Below, piece after piece: positions 8,949 to 17,842 of a stretch of 64,000 nt of DNA. Below the pieces are notes generated by a model, which worked only from the letters and a program-made list of their open reading frames with translations, did not search any database and was not told the origin of the DNA. The stretch is from contig JBDRZU010000001.1 of NCBI GenBank assembly GCA_039804105.1, forward strand, positions 928,001-992,000. Reading direction: 5' to 3'. Positions within the stretch are counted from its first letter, which is position 1. Every line of letters begins with the position of its first letter. The position numbers and the translations under genes are program-made. Origin of the DNA: a candidate division WOR-3 bacterium. Its GTDB lineage: Bacteria > Hydrothermota > 32-111.

Positions 8949-11900
8949 CTACTTAATGATAGCAAATTTGCCAATTTTTGTTTCACCATTAGGTGTTTGA
9001 ACATGATAGATGTAAATTCCCGGTGCTGGTATCTGATCATTTTTCGTCAAAAGATCCCACTCAGCATATCCTTTTGTTAAGTCATATGCTGTCGTTGTCT
9101 GATTGTCTTTTGTTATTGTAATTTCTACATCATGATTGATAGTTTTTATCAATTCACCTGAAAGTGTGTAAATTCTGATTGTGCACTTATCAGGTAAATT
9201 TGTGAAAAGAATTCTTCTATAGTTATAGTCAAGATCAAGTTCACTTCTGACAACATATGGGTTTGGAACAACTTTAATTTTATCAAGGGTTGATTTTACA
9301 ACATCGGTGAATGTTGCTGGAGTAACTGTGAATTTGAACGAAGAATTTATTGGTGGATATGTTAAAACAAACGCTGTATCATTTGGAGTCACTCTTACAA
9401 TCCAGACATCACCATCTTTTGGTCTTGAACTCCAGACCATTGGTCTTAGCGGTAATGGCGAATTGTTAAATTTCAAAATAATGTTTGAGAAATAAAGACC
9501 TACTTTTACAGTATTGGGTGAACTTGATTTTAGATATTTTGGATTCTGAGATGGAAGGGCAGTTGATGAGATATTGAAATGCCAGTTATCACCTATAGTT
9601 CTACTATTGTACGGAATTTCAATGTTGTTATCAACATCAAAAATCGTTACAGTTAGGTTTGTGTCGTTTGGCAGGAAAGTATCTGTTCCAATAACAGTAA
9701 GTGTTGGATAAACTACTTCATGCCATGTTATGATATATTCTTTACTATTATGATAGAACTGCCTTCCTTTTGCGGCAAGTTCGGCTTTCATGATTGAACT
9801 ATCGTAAGTACCACTCTGGACACTAACTTTGAAGGTTGAATTACTTGTATTCATCCATCCAGTTGTATCAAGTGTGAAACTGTTTATTTTGAATAGGAAA
9901 CCAGAATATGGATTCCATTTTTCAGATGGAAGACCAATTATCTGTTCATTGTTAATCCAAAGAGTATCTAAATCCATCCTATCCTCTATCACTATATCAC
10001 CATTTTTATTTGTGATCGTATATGGATATGCAGGGGTATATATTGTATAAACTGAACTATCTGCAAGTCCAAAAGTCAAGGTAAAAGTATCATTTTTGAC
10101 TTTTTCGATCATTGTATCAAGTGCATGTATAATTTCCATTTTTATCAAAGATGTATCAATATTACCTGATATAAAATTGATCGAATAAGTACCTGGTGAA
10201 AGGTTTGAAGTTAAAGCTCTTGGAACTGCTGCTTTCGTTTTTCCAGCACCTTCAAGAACAAGTGGTATCGCACCGATTGTATCATTCGTTGGAGTAACAG
10301 CATACCCGTTAAAATTAACGTCATAAGCCCTTACTGTATAATAATACTGGATTCCATTTGTAAGGTTTGAATCAACAAAATAGTACGGAATTCCGGTATT
10401 TGAACCGACCGTGTCATAGTAGTATGTTGTTTCATATCTTGCTGCTGCTGCATTGTAATATATCAAAGAATCTTTTAAGACAATCGTATATTCATTGATT
10501 TTATCGAATTTACCAATAAGTTCCCATGTTCCACCTGCACCTGTTCTTGATCTGTAGACATTGTATCCCTCAACATCATATTCTCTATAAGCAGGGTTAT
10601 ATGTTGGAAGTGAAGGATCTGAAACAAGAGTGTAGTATTTGTCTGGAATCAATTCCTGAGCATTATCCCAGTATATAATTACCTTTTTATCCATTCCAAC
10701 AACATCAAAGTTAACCTGCCCAGGTGCAACCGGTCCAAGCCAACCCTGATCATAAATCTGTTGTGCTATAAGCATTTTGTTTAACATTTCAGCAGAGTTC
10801 TTCGAAATTATTATTCCAATTATAACTGTTGCAGTTGAATCATATTTGAGTGTGAATGGTCCTGATGCCATTGCAAATCTTTTATCACCTTTTGCTGTTG
10901 GATCCTCTGTCTTTCCAGGATAACCTGGAACACCCTGTCCCCATGTTGGAAATGGTCTATATGATGCTTCAGGATCATTCGGGTTATAAATTGTATGATC
11001 ATAACCAGCAAGAACGAGATATCTTTTAATATGATCAGAAGGATCAGTTTGTATTGTAAAATAGTTGAATGTTGTCATTCCAATTCTTTCCCCTGCTGGT
11101 ATAATGAAAGAACCATCATGATAAAGATCTATTGGTTCAGTTGCTCTTGGTGATTCAAGATATTTGTATGCAACGATTCCCGGGAAATGAGTCCACCCAG
11201 CCTCTGATTCGAGTTGGAACTGATATCCTACATTGATCTGCATCAAAGTATCATTAACACCAGCATAATCAACTGTCATTGTATCAATGAACCCCAAAAG
11301 ATCGTTTGCAGCAGTTCCTGCTTCGTTTCCTATATCGTTATCAGCACCGATACCAACATAACATTTCTTGATATCTTTGTGATCGCTTCTTTTGTTCTGT
11401 ATTTCATACTTTATGAAAATAATATCTTCTTTCAATGGCCCAACCCAGGCGTATGTTGTTTGTTTTACTTCGATTTCAAGAGGTTTTGAACTTGCAACAA
11501 GGCGATACGCTATATCCATATCGTTGAATTCAGTATAGGAATCCTGCATTGAAACAACTGAGTCAGCACCTGATGTTGTTTTCAAAGGCCATGGTTGTCC
11601 ATAGTTATCACTTGTTGAAATGTATACAATATCCCATGGGTTTGTATACGGTGTTGGTCTATCTGGTGATGCATCATTTATATCACCAGGGACAAATTCT
11701 GTTGATGCAGAGTTTGGATAATAACCACATGACATAGTTGTATCTGCTGTTCCATCATCATTTTCAATTATTCCACCAACCCACACTCCTGCACCAAACA
11801 CATATGTTTCCTGCGGAAAACCAGCAGGCCAATAAAGACCTGAGTTGTTTCCAGAATAAACATCCTGACCAAAAATTGCAAAGTTTGTAATCCATGTGTT

Positions 11901-12044
11901 TATCTGATTTATATCAAGCATCCTCTGATCAAATATTTTCCCAGAGGTCATCTTTGGATCTATATATGCAGGACGAGCAAAAATAGCTATTGAAAAAAGG
12001 AGTGTGAGGAGGATTAAAAATACAGTTTTGTTAATTTTATTCAT
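8949..12044 (-). CDS. Large secreted protein with FN3-like region and T9SS CTD-like C-terminus
   Basis: Signal peptide; EGYNVYRS..YYYTVRAYD; IKVVPNPY...IRIYTLSGELI...WDL...PGIYIY...GKFAIIK. Confidence 0.8.
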   Translation of the reverse strand: MNKINKTVFLILLTLLFSIAIFARPAYIDPKMTSGKIFDQRMLDINQINTWITNFAIFGQDVYSGNNSGLYWPAGFPQETYVFGAGVWVGGIIENDDGTADTTMSCGYYPNSASTEFVPGDINDASPDRPTPYTNPWDIVYISTSDNYGQPWPLKTTSGADSVVSMQDSYTEFNDMDIAYRLVASSKPLEIEVKQTTYAWVGPLKEDIIFIKYEIQNKRSDHKDIKKCYVGIGADNDIGNEAGTAANDLLGFIDTMTVDYAGVNDTLMQINVGYQFQLESEAGWTHFPGIVAYKYLESPRATEPIDLYHDGSFIIPAGERIGMTTFNYFTIQTDPSDHIKRYLVLAGYDHTIYNPNDPEASYRPFPTWGQGVPGYPGKTEDPTAKGDKRFAMASGPFTLKYDSTATVIIGIIISKNSAEMLNKMLIAQQIYDQGWLGPVAPGQVNFDVVGMDKKVIIYWDNAQELIPDKYYTLVSDPSLPTYNPAYREYDVEGYNVYRSRTGAGGTWELIGKFDKINEYTIVLKDSLIYYNAAAARYETTYYYDTVGSNTGIPYYFVDSNLTNGIQYYYTVRAYDVNFNGYAVTPTNDTIGAIPLVLEGAGKTKAAVPRALTSNLSPGTYSINFISGNIDTSLIKMEIIHALDTMIEKVKNDTFTLTFGLADSSVYTIYTPAYPYTITNKNGDIVIEDRMDLDTLWINNEQIIGLPSEKWNPYSGFLFKINSFTLDTTGWMNTSNSTFKVSVQSGTYDSSIMKAELAAKGRQFYHNSKEYIITWHEVVYPTLTVIGTDTFLPNDTNLTVTIFDVDNNIEIPYNSRTIGDNWHFNISSTALPSQNPKYLKSSSPNTVKVGLYFSNIILKFNNSPLPLRPMVWSSRPKDGDVWIVRVTPNDTAFVLTYPPINSSFKFTVTPATFTDVVKSTLDKIKVVPNPYVVRSELDLDYNYRRILFTNLPDKCTIRIYTLSGELIKTINHDVEITITKDNQTTTAYDLTKGYAEWDLLTKNDQIPAPGIYIYHVQTPNGETKIGKFAIIK

Positions 12045-12059
12045 ATTTTTCCTCCATCC

Positions 12060-15000
12060 TTAGAATGAGAATTCAAGACCCAGAGTGATAACTCTTGGTG
12101 CAGACCAGTTCGTTGGGTCATTAAGATAATCTTTATAGTAAGCGATATAAGATTCATAAGCTTCATCTTGTGAAACTGTTCCATCTCTATTTATATCTCT
12201 TCTGACATCATATCCCGGCTGTCCAATCGTATATGCATTGAATATGTCTTTTTTAATAGAGGCAAGTGTTGCGTTTCTGTCTGGAAGACCTGTTGAAGCA
12301 TAAACATCAACAACATTTCTTATGTTGAACAGGTTTGTTACAGTAACATAGAAGTTTGGTTCGAATGTTCCAATTAAGAAACCTTTTCTGAATTTCAAAT
12401 CAGTGTTGAATGTCCATGGTTTTCTTTCACTATTTGTAACACCTGTTTTAACACCTTTTTCGTTAACAGGAGTATATGGTTGTCCAGAGTTGATCGAATT
12501 ATCTATCGAAAGTGTCCAATTATCAGCGTATATTGGCAATTCTTTTGCTGGCATTCTCAAAACAAAACCGATATTTATAGTATGTCTTTGATCAAATGAT
12601 AGATAATAAGGAATCTTTGGCATCTGAATGTCACCACCTGTTACAGGATCTCTTTCAGAATATGTTAGATAATATCCTTCCCATGCATCAGATGCTGTTC
12701 CTTTTGCAAATGAAAGTGTATAAGCGATATCTGTTGAGAAATATTTAGATGATTTTGAAAATGCAACTTCAAGACCTTTCACATTACCATATTCAACATT
12801 TTGCAAAGCATAATAAGGTGCTGGTAATGCATAGACCTTTCTTGAACCAATAAGTCCATATATATCTTTATAATAGGTTGTGACATCTAAAGCCATATCA
12901 GCACCGATTTGGGTTGCTATACCAAATTCGTAAGATATTGTTCTTTCTGCATCAAGGTTTGGTGAACCTATATTTGAGTTTCCTCTTTTTGAAAGATCAA
13001 CACCCATTCCAGAGAAGAGATAATCCATCTGTGGGGTCTGGAAGAAATGACCATAGTTGAAATGTAAAACTGAGACCTCTGAAATTGGATGTGATATACC
13101 CAATCTTGGTGAGAATTTATACTTTTTAGCAGCCATTCTTACTGGCCATGTTAAAGTATCCCAAACAGAATCAGGATATCCTGGATATGAATCAGGTTTT
13201 GTTATATTTGGATTTGGAGTTATAATTATTGTTGTATCACCTGTAATTGTGTCAATTATAGTATCCTGTTGATAGAGTGGGAAACTTCTATTGTTTGCAA
13301 CATAATAGAATGGAGTGTTTGCATCAAGATAATCGAATCTAAGACCTATGTTAACAACCATTCCTTCAAATTCCATCTTATCCTGTACATATGCTGCTGC
13401 CTGTTTTGGATAAACATGGTACTGATCTGAGAATGGATTTGGATCCCATGGAAGATATAGATCCCAGAGATATAATTCATATGCTTTAAACTCAACACCT
13501 GTTTTCATCTCATGGTATCTTCCAATCTGACTTGTCCAATCAGCTTTTACTGTTAGATAATTTGAATATCTAAAACTTGAACTACCATACCAGTTTGGAT
13601 AGATATACTGTGCATCGATCCACCATCCCCATGGAGAGTTGTTTTTCCATTTATCAACCATTCCTGGAACATAATGGAAGTTGTTTGTATCTATCACACC
13701 ATAAGGTTTCCAGAATTCATACCATTTTGGGATAACAACTTCTGGTGGATAAACTGTATCACCATTTTCATCAAAAAGTATCCCATCAAATTCTGGTCCA
13801 TAATGTGTTTGTGTATAGAAATAACTACCAGTTAATGTGACAAAATTTGCCTGGTTTATCATCCAGTTTGCAGTTCCATTGATCTGATATCCATCGGTGT
13901 TTCTTGTAATGAATCTTTCAAGGTTATACTTTAATGAATTGTTAAACTGTTGATAAGAAGAATGTGAATAGAAACCACCAAGATTTATTTTCAAGTTGTT
14001 GGTTGGTTTTACTGTGAACTTTGCCTGTGCATGGTATTCACTTCTTTTGTGGTGTGGGACAACAACACCTAAATTATCCCAGTATGTTGGACCATATCTG
14101 TTCCACATAACCGTGTCAAGCACAACCTTATTAAAATAGTATGTTATATTATTAACAGAGTCATAAACAGTATCAACACCATATTTAAAATATGGAACAG
14201 AGTCCTGTGTCCAGTTCGCTGTTGTATATGTTGTTTCAATATAAGCGTTACCTAAAGAATCATAAGCAATATTGTAATCTACAAAATCATAAGAGAAAGC
14301 GTAACCTGTTGAATCATTTTTATAGAAAAAGTTTGGTTTATCAACAAAAAGAGGTGACCAATCGTTTGTGACATAAATATCACCTGAAACAAAAAATCTC
14401 AAAAGATCTTTATAAATTGGACCACCAATTGAATATTCTAACCTATTATCACCATAGTTAAATGATTTTGGAAGGAATGAATTTCCTTCATATCTTATTG
14501 TTCCTTCATACTTTTTAGCACCTTCCCTTGTAACGATGTTCAAAATTCCTGACATCGCCTCACCATATTCAGCATTGAATCCACCAGAGATGAATTTCAC
14601 CTCTGATACAGCATTTTTATTGATTGTAGCACCAAGTCCCTTTGTAACTGGATCTATGATCGACATACCATCGACCATGTATCCAACCTCATCAGTTCTT
14701 CCACCTCTAACATGTAATTGTGTTCCAGAACCAACAACACCAGCGTTGTTTGCTACAGCAGCCATAATGTTGTTTGAGACTGACTCATCAAGAAGTTGCT
14801 GGTTCATCGTTCTTTCCTTTTGTGTAACATTCGTTTGTATCTTTGACTCTTTCGCTTCAACTATAACGGTATCATATTCGATAGCACCCATGACAAGTTC
14901 AAAGTTGACAGTTGTATTGATATCAGCGGAAACTGAGATATTTGTTTTTGTCTGGGTCTGATATGATATTATCTGAGCGGTAACGGAATAAACTCCAACT

Positions 15001-15212
15001 GGGACATTCAGAATAAAATAGTATCCATCAAGATCTGTAACAGCACCGATTCCAAGTTCTGGTATTATAATGTTAACACCAGGGATACCTTCTTTTGTCT
15101 GTTTGTCAATAACTCTTCCAGTTATTTTTCCTGTAACACCAGCAAAAACATTAACTGAGAAGAGAAGGACCAGAAGGAGAATAATTCCAAAAAGATAATT
15201 TTTCTTAAACAT
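12060..15212 (-). CDS. TonB-dependent receptor with N-terminal carboxypeptidase-regulatory-like domain
   Basis: GKITGRVID..GAVTDLDGYYFI; plug motifs HVRGGR and SGGFNAEYG; SPRLG; NLFN; terminal PRVITLGLEFSF. Confidence 0.92.
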   Translation of the reverse strand: MFKKNYLFGIILLLVLLFSVNVFAGVTGKITGRVIDKQTKEGIPGVNIIIPELGIGAVTDLDGYYFILNVPVGVYSVTAQIISYQTQTKTNISVSADINTTVNFELVMGAIEYDTVIVEAKESKIQTNVTQKERTMNQQLLDESVSNNIMAAVANNAGVVGSGTQLHVRGGRTDEVGYMVDGMSIIDPVTKGLGATINKNAVSEVKFISGGFNAEYGEAMSGILNIVTREGAKKYEGTIRYEGNSFLPKSFNYGDNRLEYSIGGPIYKDLLRFFVSGDIYVTNDWSPLFVDKPNFFYKNDSTGYAFSYDFVDYNIAYDSLGNAYIETTYTTANWTQDSVPYFKYGVDTVYDSVNNITYYFNKVVLDTVMWNRYGPTYWDNLGVVVPHHKRSEYHAQAKFTVKPTNNLKINLGGFYSHSSYQQFNNSLKYNLERFITRNTDGYQINGTANWMINQANFVTLTGSYFYTQTHYGPEFDGILFDENGDTVYPPEVVIPKWYEFWKPYGVIDTNNFHYVPGMVDKWKNNSPWGWWIDAQYIYPNWYGSSSFRYSNYLTVKADWTSQIGRYHEMKTGVEFKAYELYLWDLYLPWDPNPFSDQYHVYPKQAAAYVQDKMEFEGMVVNIGLRFDYLDANTPFYYVANNRSFPLYQQDTIIDTITGDTTIIITPNPNITKPDSYPGYPDSVWDTLTWPVRMAAKKYKFSPRLGISHPISEVSVLHFNYGHFFQTPQMDYLFSGMGVDLSKRGNSNIGSPNLDAERTISYEFGIATQIGADMALDVTTYYKDIYGLIGSRKVYALPAPYYALQNVEYGNVKGLEVAFSKSSKYFSTDIAYTLSFAKGTASDAWEGYYLTYSERDPVTGGDIQMPKIPYYLSFDQRHTINIGFVLRMPAKELPIYADNWTLSIDNSINSGQPYTPVNEKGVKTGVTNSERKPWTFNTDLKFRKGFLIGTFEPNFYVTVTNLFNIRNVVDVYASTGLPDRNATLASIKKDIFNAYTIGQPGYDVRRDINRDGTVSQDEAYESYIAYYKDYLNDPTNWSAPRVITLGLEFSF

Positions 15213-15242
15213 TATTACTCTCCTTTTTAAATCTTAAATTGT

Positions 15243-15273
15243 AAAAAAAAGGGGAAACAAAGTTTCCCCTTTT
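15243..15273 (-). terminator. Intrinsic terminator
   Basis: GGGGAAAC-TTT-GTTTCCCC followed by T8 on the minus strand. Confidence 0.8.
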
Positions 15274-15288
15274 GAATAATTGAAAAAC

Positions 15289-17184
15289 TTATTTAACTGT
15301 GACAATCTTCTTTGTGAAACTGTTGACACCATCGTTAACTTTCACAAAGTAAACACCTTGTTTGAGATTAAGATTGAGCGAGTGTGTTCCTTTTGCGAAG
15401 AATTTTTTAACTTTGTTTACAACTCTACCTGTTGCATCATAAACTGATATTTCAACATTCCTTCCTTCACTCATAACAAAACTTATTGCTCCATTCTTGC
15501 TGAATGAGGAAATATTGTAAACATTTTTATTAACTTTTGAAGAAATTTCTGAATTAATTCCCCATACAGTTGTTCCAAGTTCTTCCCAAACAATTGTTGG
15601 ATCGTTTATATCAACTGATGCATAATATATTGAATCCTGTGAACCAGAAACACCTGCTATGTGTATTAATCCATTTTCGTCAACATATTTACCACATTCA
15701 ACTTCATAAAGTCCTGCATTTAATATAATTGTTGATCTATAAACTTTATCTGTAACAGGATCAAGTTTCAACGCTTCAACTGATGTTCCACCAAATGCTG
15801 GATCAACATAATCAAGGTAAACTATATACATATTATCTGTTGCTTCATCATAGCAGAGGTTTGCACTGTATGCATTTCCTCTCCATGTTGCTGTTGTTCC
15901 TGTATTATCCAAAATATCACCATCATGTATATCTATATAGTCGTATCTAAAGTTTGTTTCACCATCAAATTTATATCCAAAAAGAATTGACTGACCCTGC
16001 CATATGAATGTATAGAGATCACCTGATTCATAATAGTCAACAAAAAGATCAGCCATTGGCACAACATAAGCCATCACACCTGTACCTCTTTCTGGATAGA
16101 ATTCAGCATCCCACCAGTACCACCATGTTCCAAATCCATCTCCAAGTGGTTGTCCAAGTTCATCTGTCCATCCACCTGTTGCAACATCAAGATATGCTTT
16201 AACAGCAAATGCATCGTTTGTTGTATTTGCTGTAGTATCAAGATTATAAATTACTGTATCACCATTTAGTGTATTGACATTTGGCCAGATGTTTCCATCA
16301 AAAAGTCCATAGAAAGCATCCCATGTAACACCAAGATCTGTTGTCTTTGCATAACCTGGAACTATGGCTGAACCAGGACCTGATGGATAAATGTCTGACC
16401 TTGTTTCATCTTTCCACACCATTCCAAAAATACCATGAACATCATCGTTGTTTCCCCATCTTATTGCTGAAACATCTATATCCCAGAGAGTATCATTGTT
16501 AAGTGTTGCTGGCCAATCGTATGTTCCCCATGTTGCACCGTAATCTGTTGAGTAGTTTGAACCAAATCCACCCATCGCATCATAAGCGATCATTACAACT
16601 TTGTCTCCATCAGGATTAACTGCTATTGATGGCATATAAGCCACATAATTTGCTGTATCTGTCACAAGTATTGGTGCACTCCATCCACCACCATTTGCTC
16701 CAAGAAGATCTGCTGTGAACCAATCACCCCAATATGCTGAGGTTCTATAGTTTACTATAACATATGGTGCTTCACCTAATGCTGCAACTGATGCCATTTC
16801 GTTATAGTTTCTTGCAAATGGACCTGATGCTGTTATCAGTGTTGGAGTTGACCATGTTGAACCACCATCTGTTGTTGCTGTATAATAAACACCTCTAAAA
16901 GCACCACCATTATACCAACCGGTAACAACCTGTATTATCTGTCCATCTTTTGATGAAACAATACTCTGAAGTGGTGTTGGAGCAAATCCTCTCATATCAC
17001 CACCAAGTTCAAGTATTCCCTTCATACCTGCTGCCTGTGCATTGGCATCTTTTGTTTCGAAGAATTTACCATCCTGTGAAACTTTTGTGACCTGTTTTAT
17101 CTTTGCAAGTGCATCATTTGCTGGCATTGCAAACAATGAAAATGCAAATGCCAATACAAAGAGAAGAACAAAAATTCTCTTCAT
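15289..17184 (-). CDS. Secreted protein with Asp-box (BNR)-like repeats and T9SS type-A CTD
   Basis: Signal peptide; TTDGGSTW, STDYGATW and TTDLGVTW repeats; VYDATGR..GVYFVKV..TKKIVTVK; AGGAGG SD. Confidence 0.8.
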   Translation of the reverse strand: MKRIFVLLFVLAFAFSLFAMPANDALAKIKQVTKVSQDGKFFETKDANAQAAGMKGILELGGDMRGFAPTPLQSIVSSKDGQIIQVVTGWYNGGAFRGVYYTATTDGGSTWSTPTLITASGPFARNYNEMASVAALGEAPYVIVNYRTSAYWGDWFTADLLGANGGGWSAPILVTDTANYVAYMPSIAVNPDGDKVVMIAYDAMGGFGSNYSTDYGATWGTYDWPATLNNDTLWDIDVSAIRWGNNDDVHGIFGMVWKDETRSDIYPSGPGSAIVPGYAKTTDLGVTWDAFYGLFDGNIWPNVNTLNGDTVIYNLDTTANTTNDAFAVKAYLDVATGGWTDELGQPLGDGFGTWWYWWDAEFYPERGTGVMAYVVPMADLFVDYYESGDLYTFIWQGQSILFGYKFDGETNFRYDYIDIHDGDILDNTGTTATWRGNAYSANLCYDEATDNMYIVYLDYVDPAFGGTSVEALKLDPVTDKVYRSTIILNAGLYEVECGKYVDENGLIHIAGVSGSQDSIYYASVDINDPTIVWEELGTTVWGINSEISSKVNKNVYNISSFSKNGAISFVMSEGRNVEISVYDATGRVVNKVKKFFAKGTHSLNLNLKQGVYFVKVNDGVNSFTKKIVTVK

Positions 17185-17261
17185 TTTACCTCCTATCTTT
17201 AAGGTTTCTTTTTTTCGTGAGAAGAACCATCTCTTTTTAATTTTTCCTCCTTTTATTTATT

Positions 17262-17290
17262 ATTTTAGAATCAAGTTAAAAAAAAGTCAA
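17262..17290 (-). promoter_or_regulatory. Sigma70-type promoter of the envelope locus
   Basis: TTGACT, 17 nt, TAAAAT on the minus strand. Confidence 0.6.
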
Positions 17291-17299
17291 TAGTTTTTT

Positions 17300-17373
17300 T
17301 ACACCCGAAAGGATTTGAACCTTCAACCTGCGGAACCGGAATCCGCTGCTCTATCCAGTTGAGCTACGGGTGT
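17300..17373 (-). tRNA. tRNA-Arg(CCG); CCA not encoded
   Basis: Acceptor stem ACACCCG/CGGGTGT; D-arm GCTC..GAGC; anticodon stem GCGGA/TCCGC with loop TT-CCG-GT; T-loop GTTCAAATC. Confidence 0.95.
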
Positions 17374-17465
17374 CATTTTTTCTTCTTATGACGCATCGCT
17401 TTTCTTCTTTTTTTTCTTTTATGAGTTGCTATTTTTTTTCTTTTTCTCTTTCTTCCACAGGGCAT
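17373..17465 (-). CDS. Small basic ribosomal protein, bS22/mS38 (AURKAIP1/COX24) family, 30 aa; absent from the ORF track
   Basis: MPCGRKRKRKKIATHKRKKRRKAMRHKKKK with an AAGGAGG SD. Matches the recalled Bacteroidota bS22 pattern MP.G.KRKR.K.ATHKRKKR....RHKKK. Confidence 0.85.
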   Translation of the reverse strand: MPCGRKRKRKKIATHKRKKRRKAMRHKKKK

Positions 17466-17475
17466 TTATACCTCC

Positions 17476-17784
17476 TTATCTTTTTTCAACTTTCTCCTTT
17501 AATATTTTTGATGGTTTAAAAGCAGGAACATATCTTTCTGGAACCTCAACCTGTGCTCCAGTTTTTGGATGTCTTGCAATTCTCTGTCTTCTCTTCTTTG
17601 TTTTAAAAACCCCAAGGCCCCTTATCTCGATTCTATCTCTGTTAACAAGTGTTTCAGTTATTAGATCTATCAATGTTTCAAAACAGATTTCAACATCCCT
17701 TCTCATAACCCCTGTTCTTTCAGCAATCTGATCTATCACATCCGCTTTTGTTTTGGTTTTTGCCTTATCTTTTACTTCAGCCAT
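17476..17784 (-). CDS. HU/IHF-family DNA-binding protein
   Basis: TKADVI, IEIRGLGVF, ARHPKTG and PAFKPSK motifs. Confidence 0.95.
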   Translation of the reverse strand: MAEVKDKAKTKTKADVIDQIAERTGVMRRDVEICFETLIDLITETLVNRDRIEIRGLGVFKTKKRRQRIARHPKTGAQVEVPERYVPAFKPSKILKEKVEKR

Positions 17785-17802
17785 ACTTCCCCCTTTTTGT
17801 TA

Positions 17803-17830
17803 ATATTATCAATTGATTTTTAAAAGTCAA
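17803..17830 (-). promoter_or_regulatory. Promoter of HU-bS22-tRNA unit
   Basis: TTGACT, 16 nt, TAATAT, with a TG extension before the -10. Confidence 0.5.
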
Positions 17831-17842
17831 GTTTTTATATCA

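Noticed and set aside
14536..14961. Plus-strand 141-aa ORF and the other short ORFs nested in large genes
   Set aside because: These are antisense or alternate-frame shadows of well-supported genes.
17300..17373. tRNA as integration site of a genomic island (envelope locus lies at its 3' side)
   Set aside because: No integrase and no duplicated tRNA 3' end were seen in the window.
17426..17731. Plus-strand 101-aa ORF
   Set aside because: Antisense shadow of the HU and bS22-like genes.
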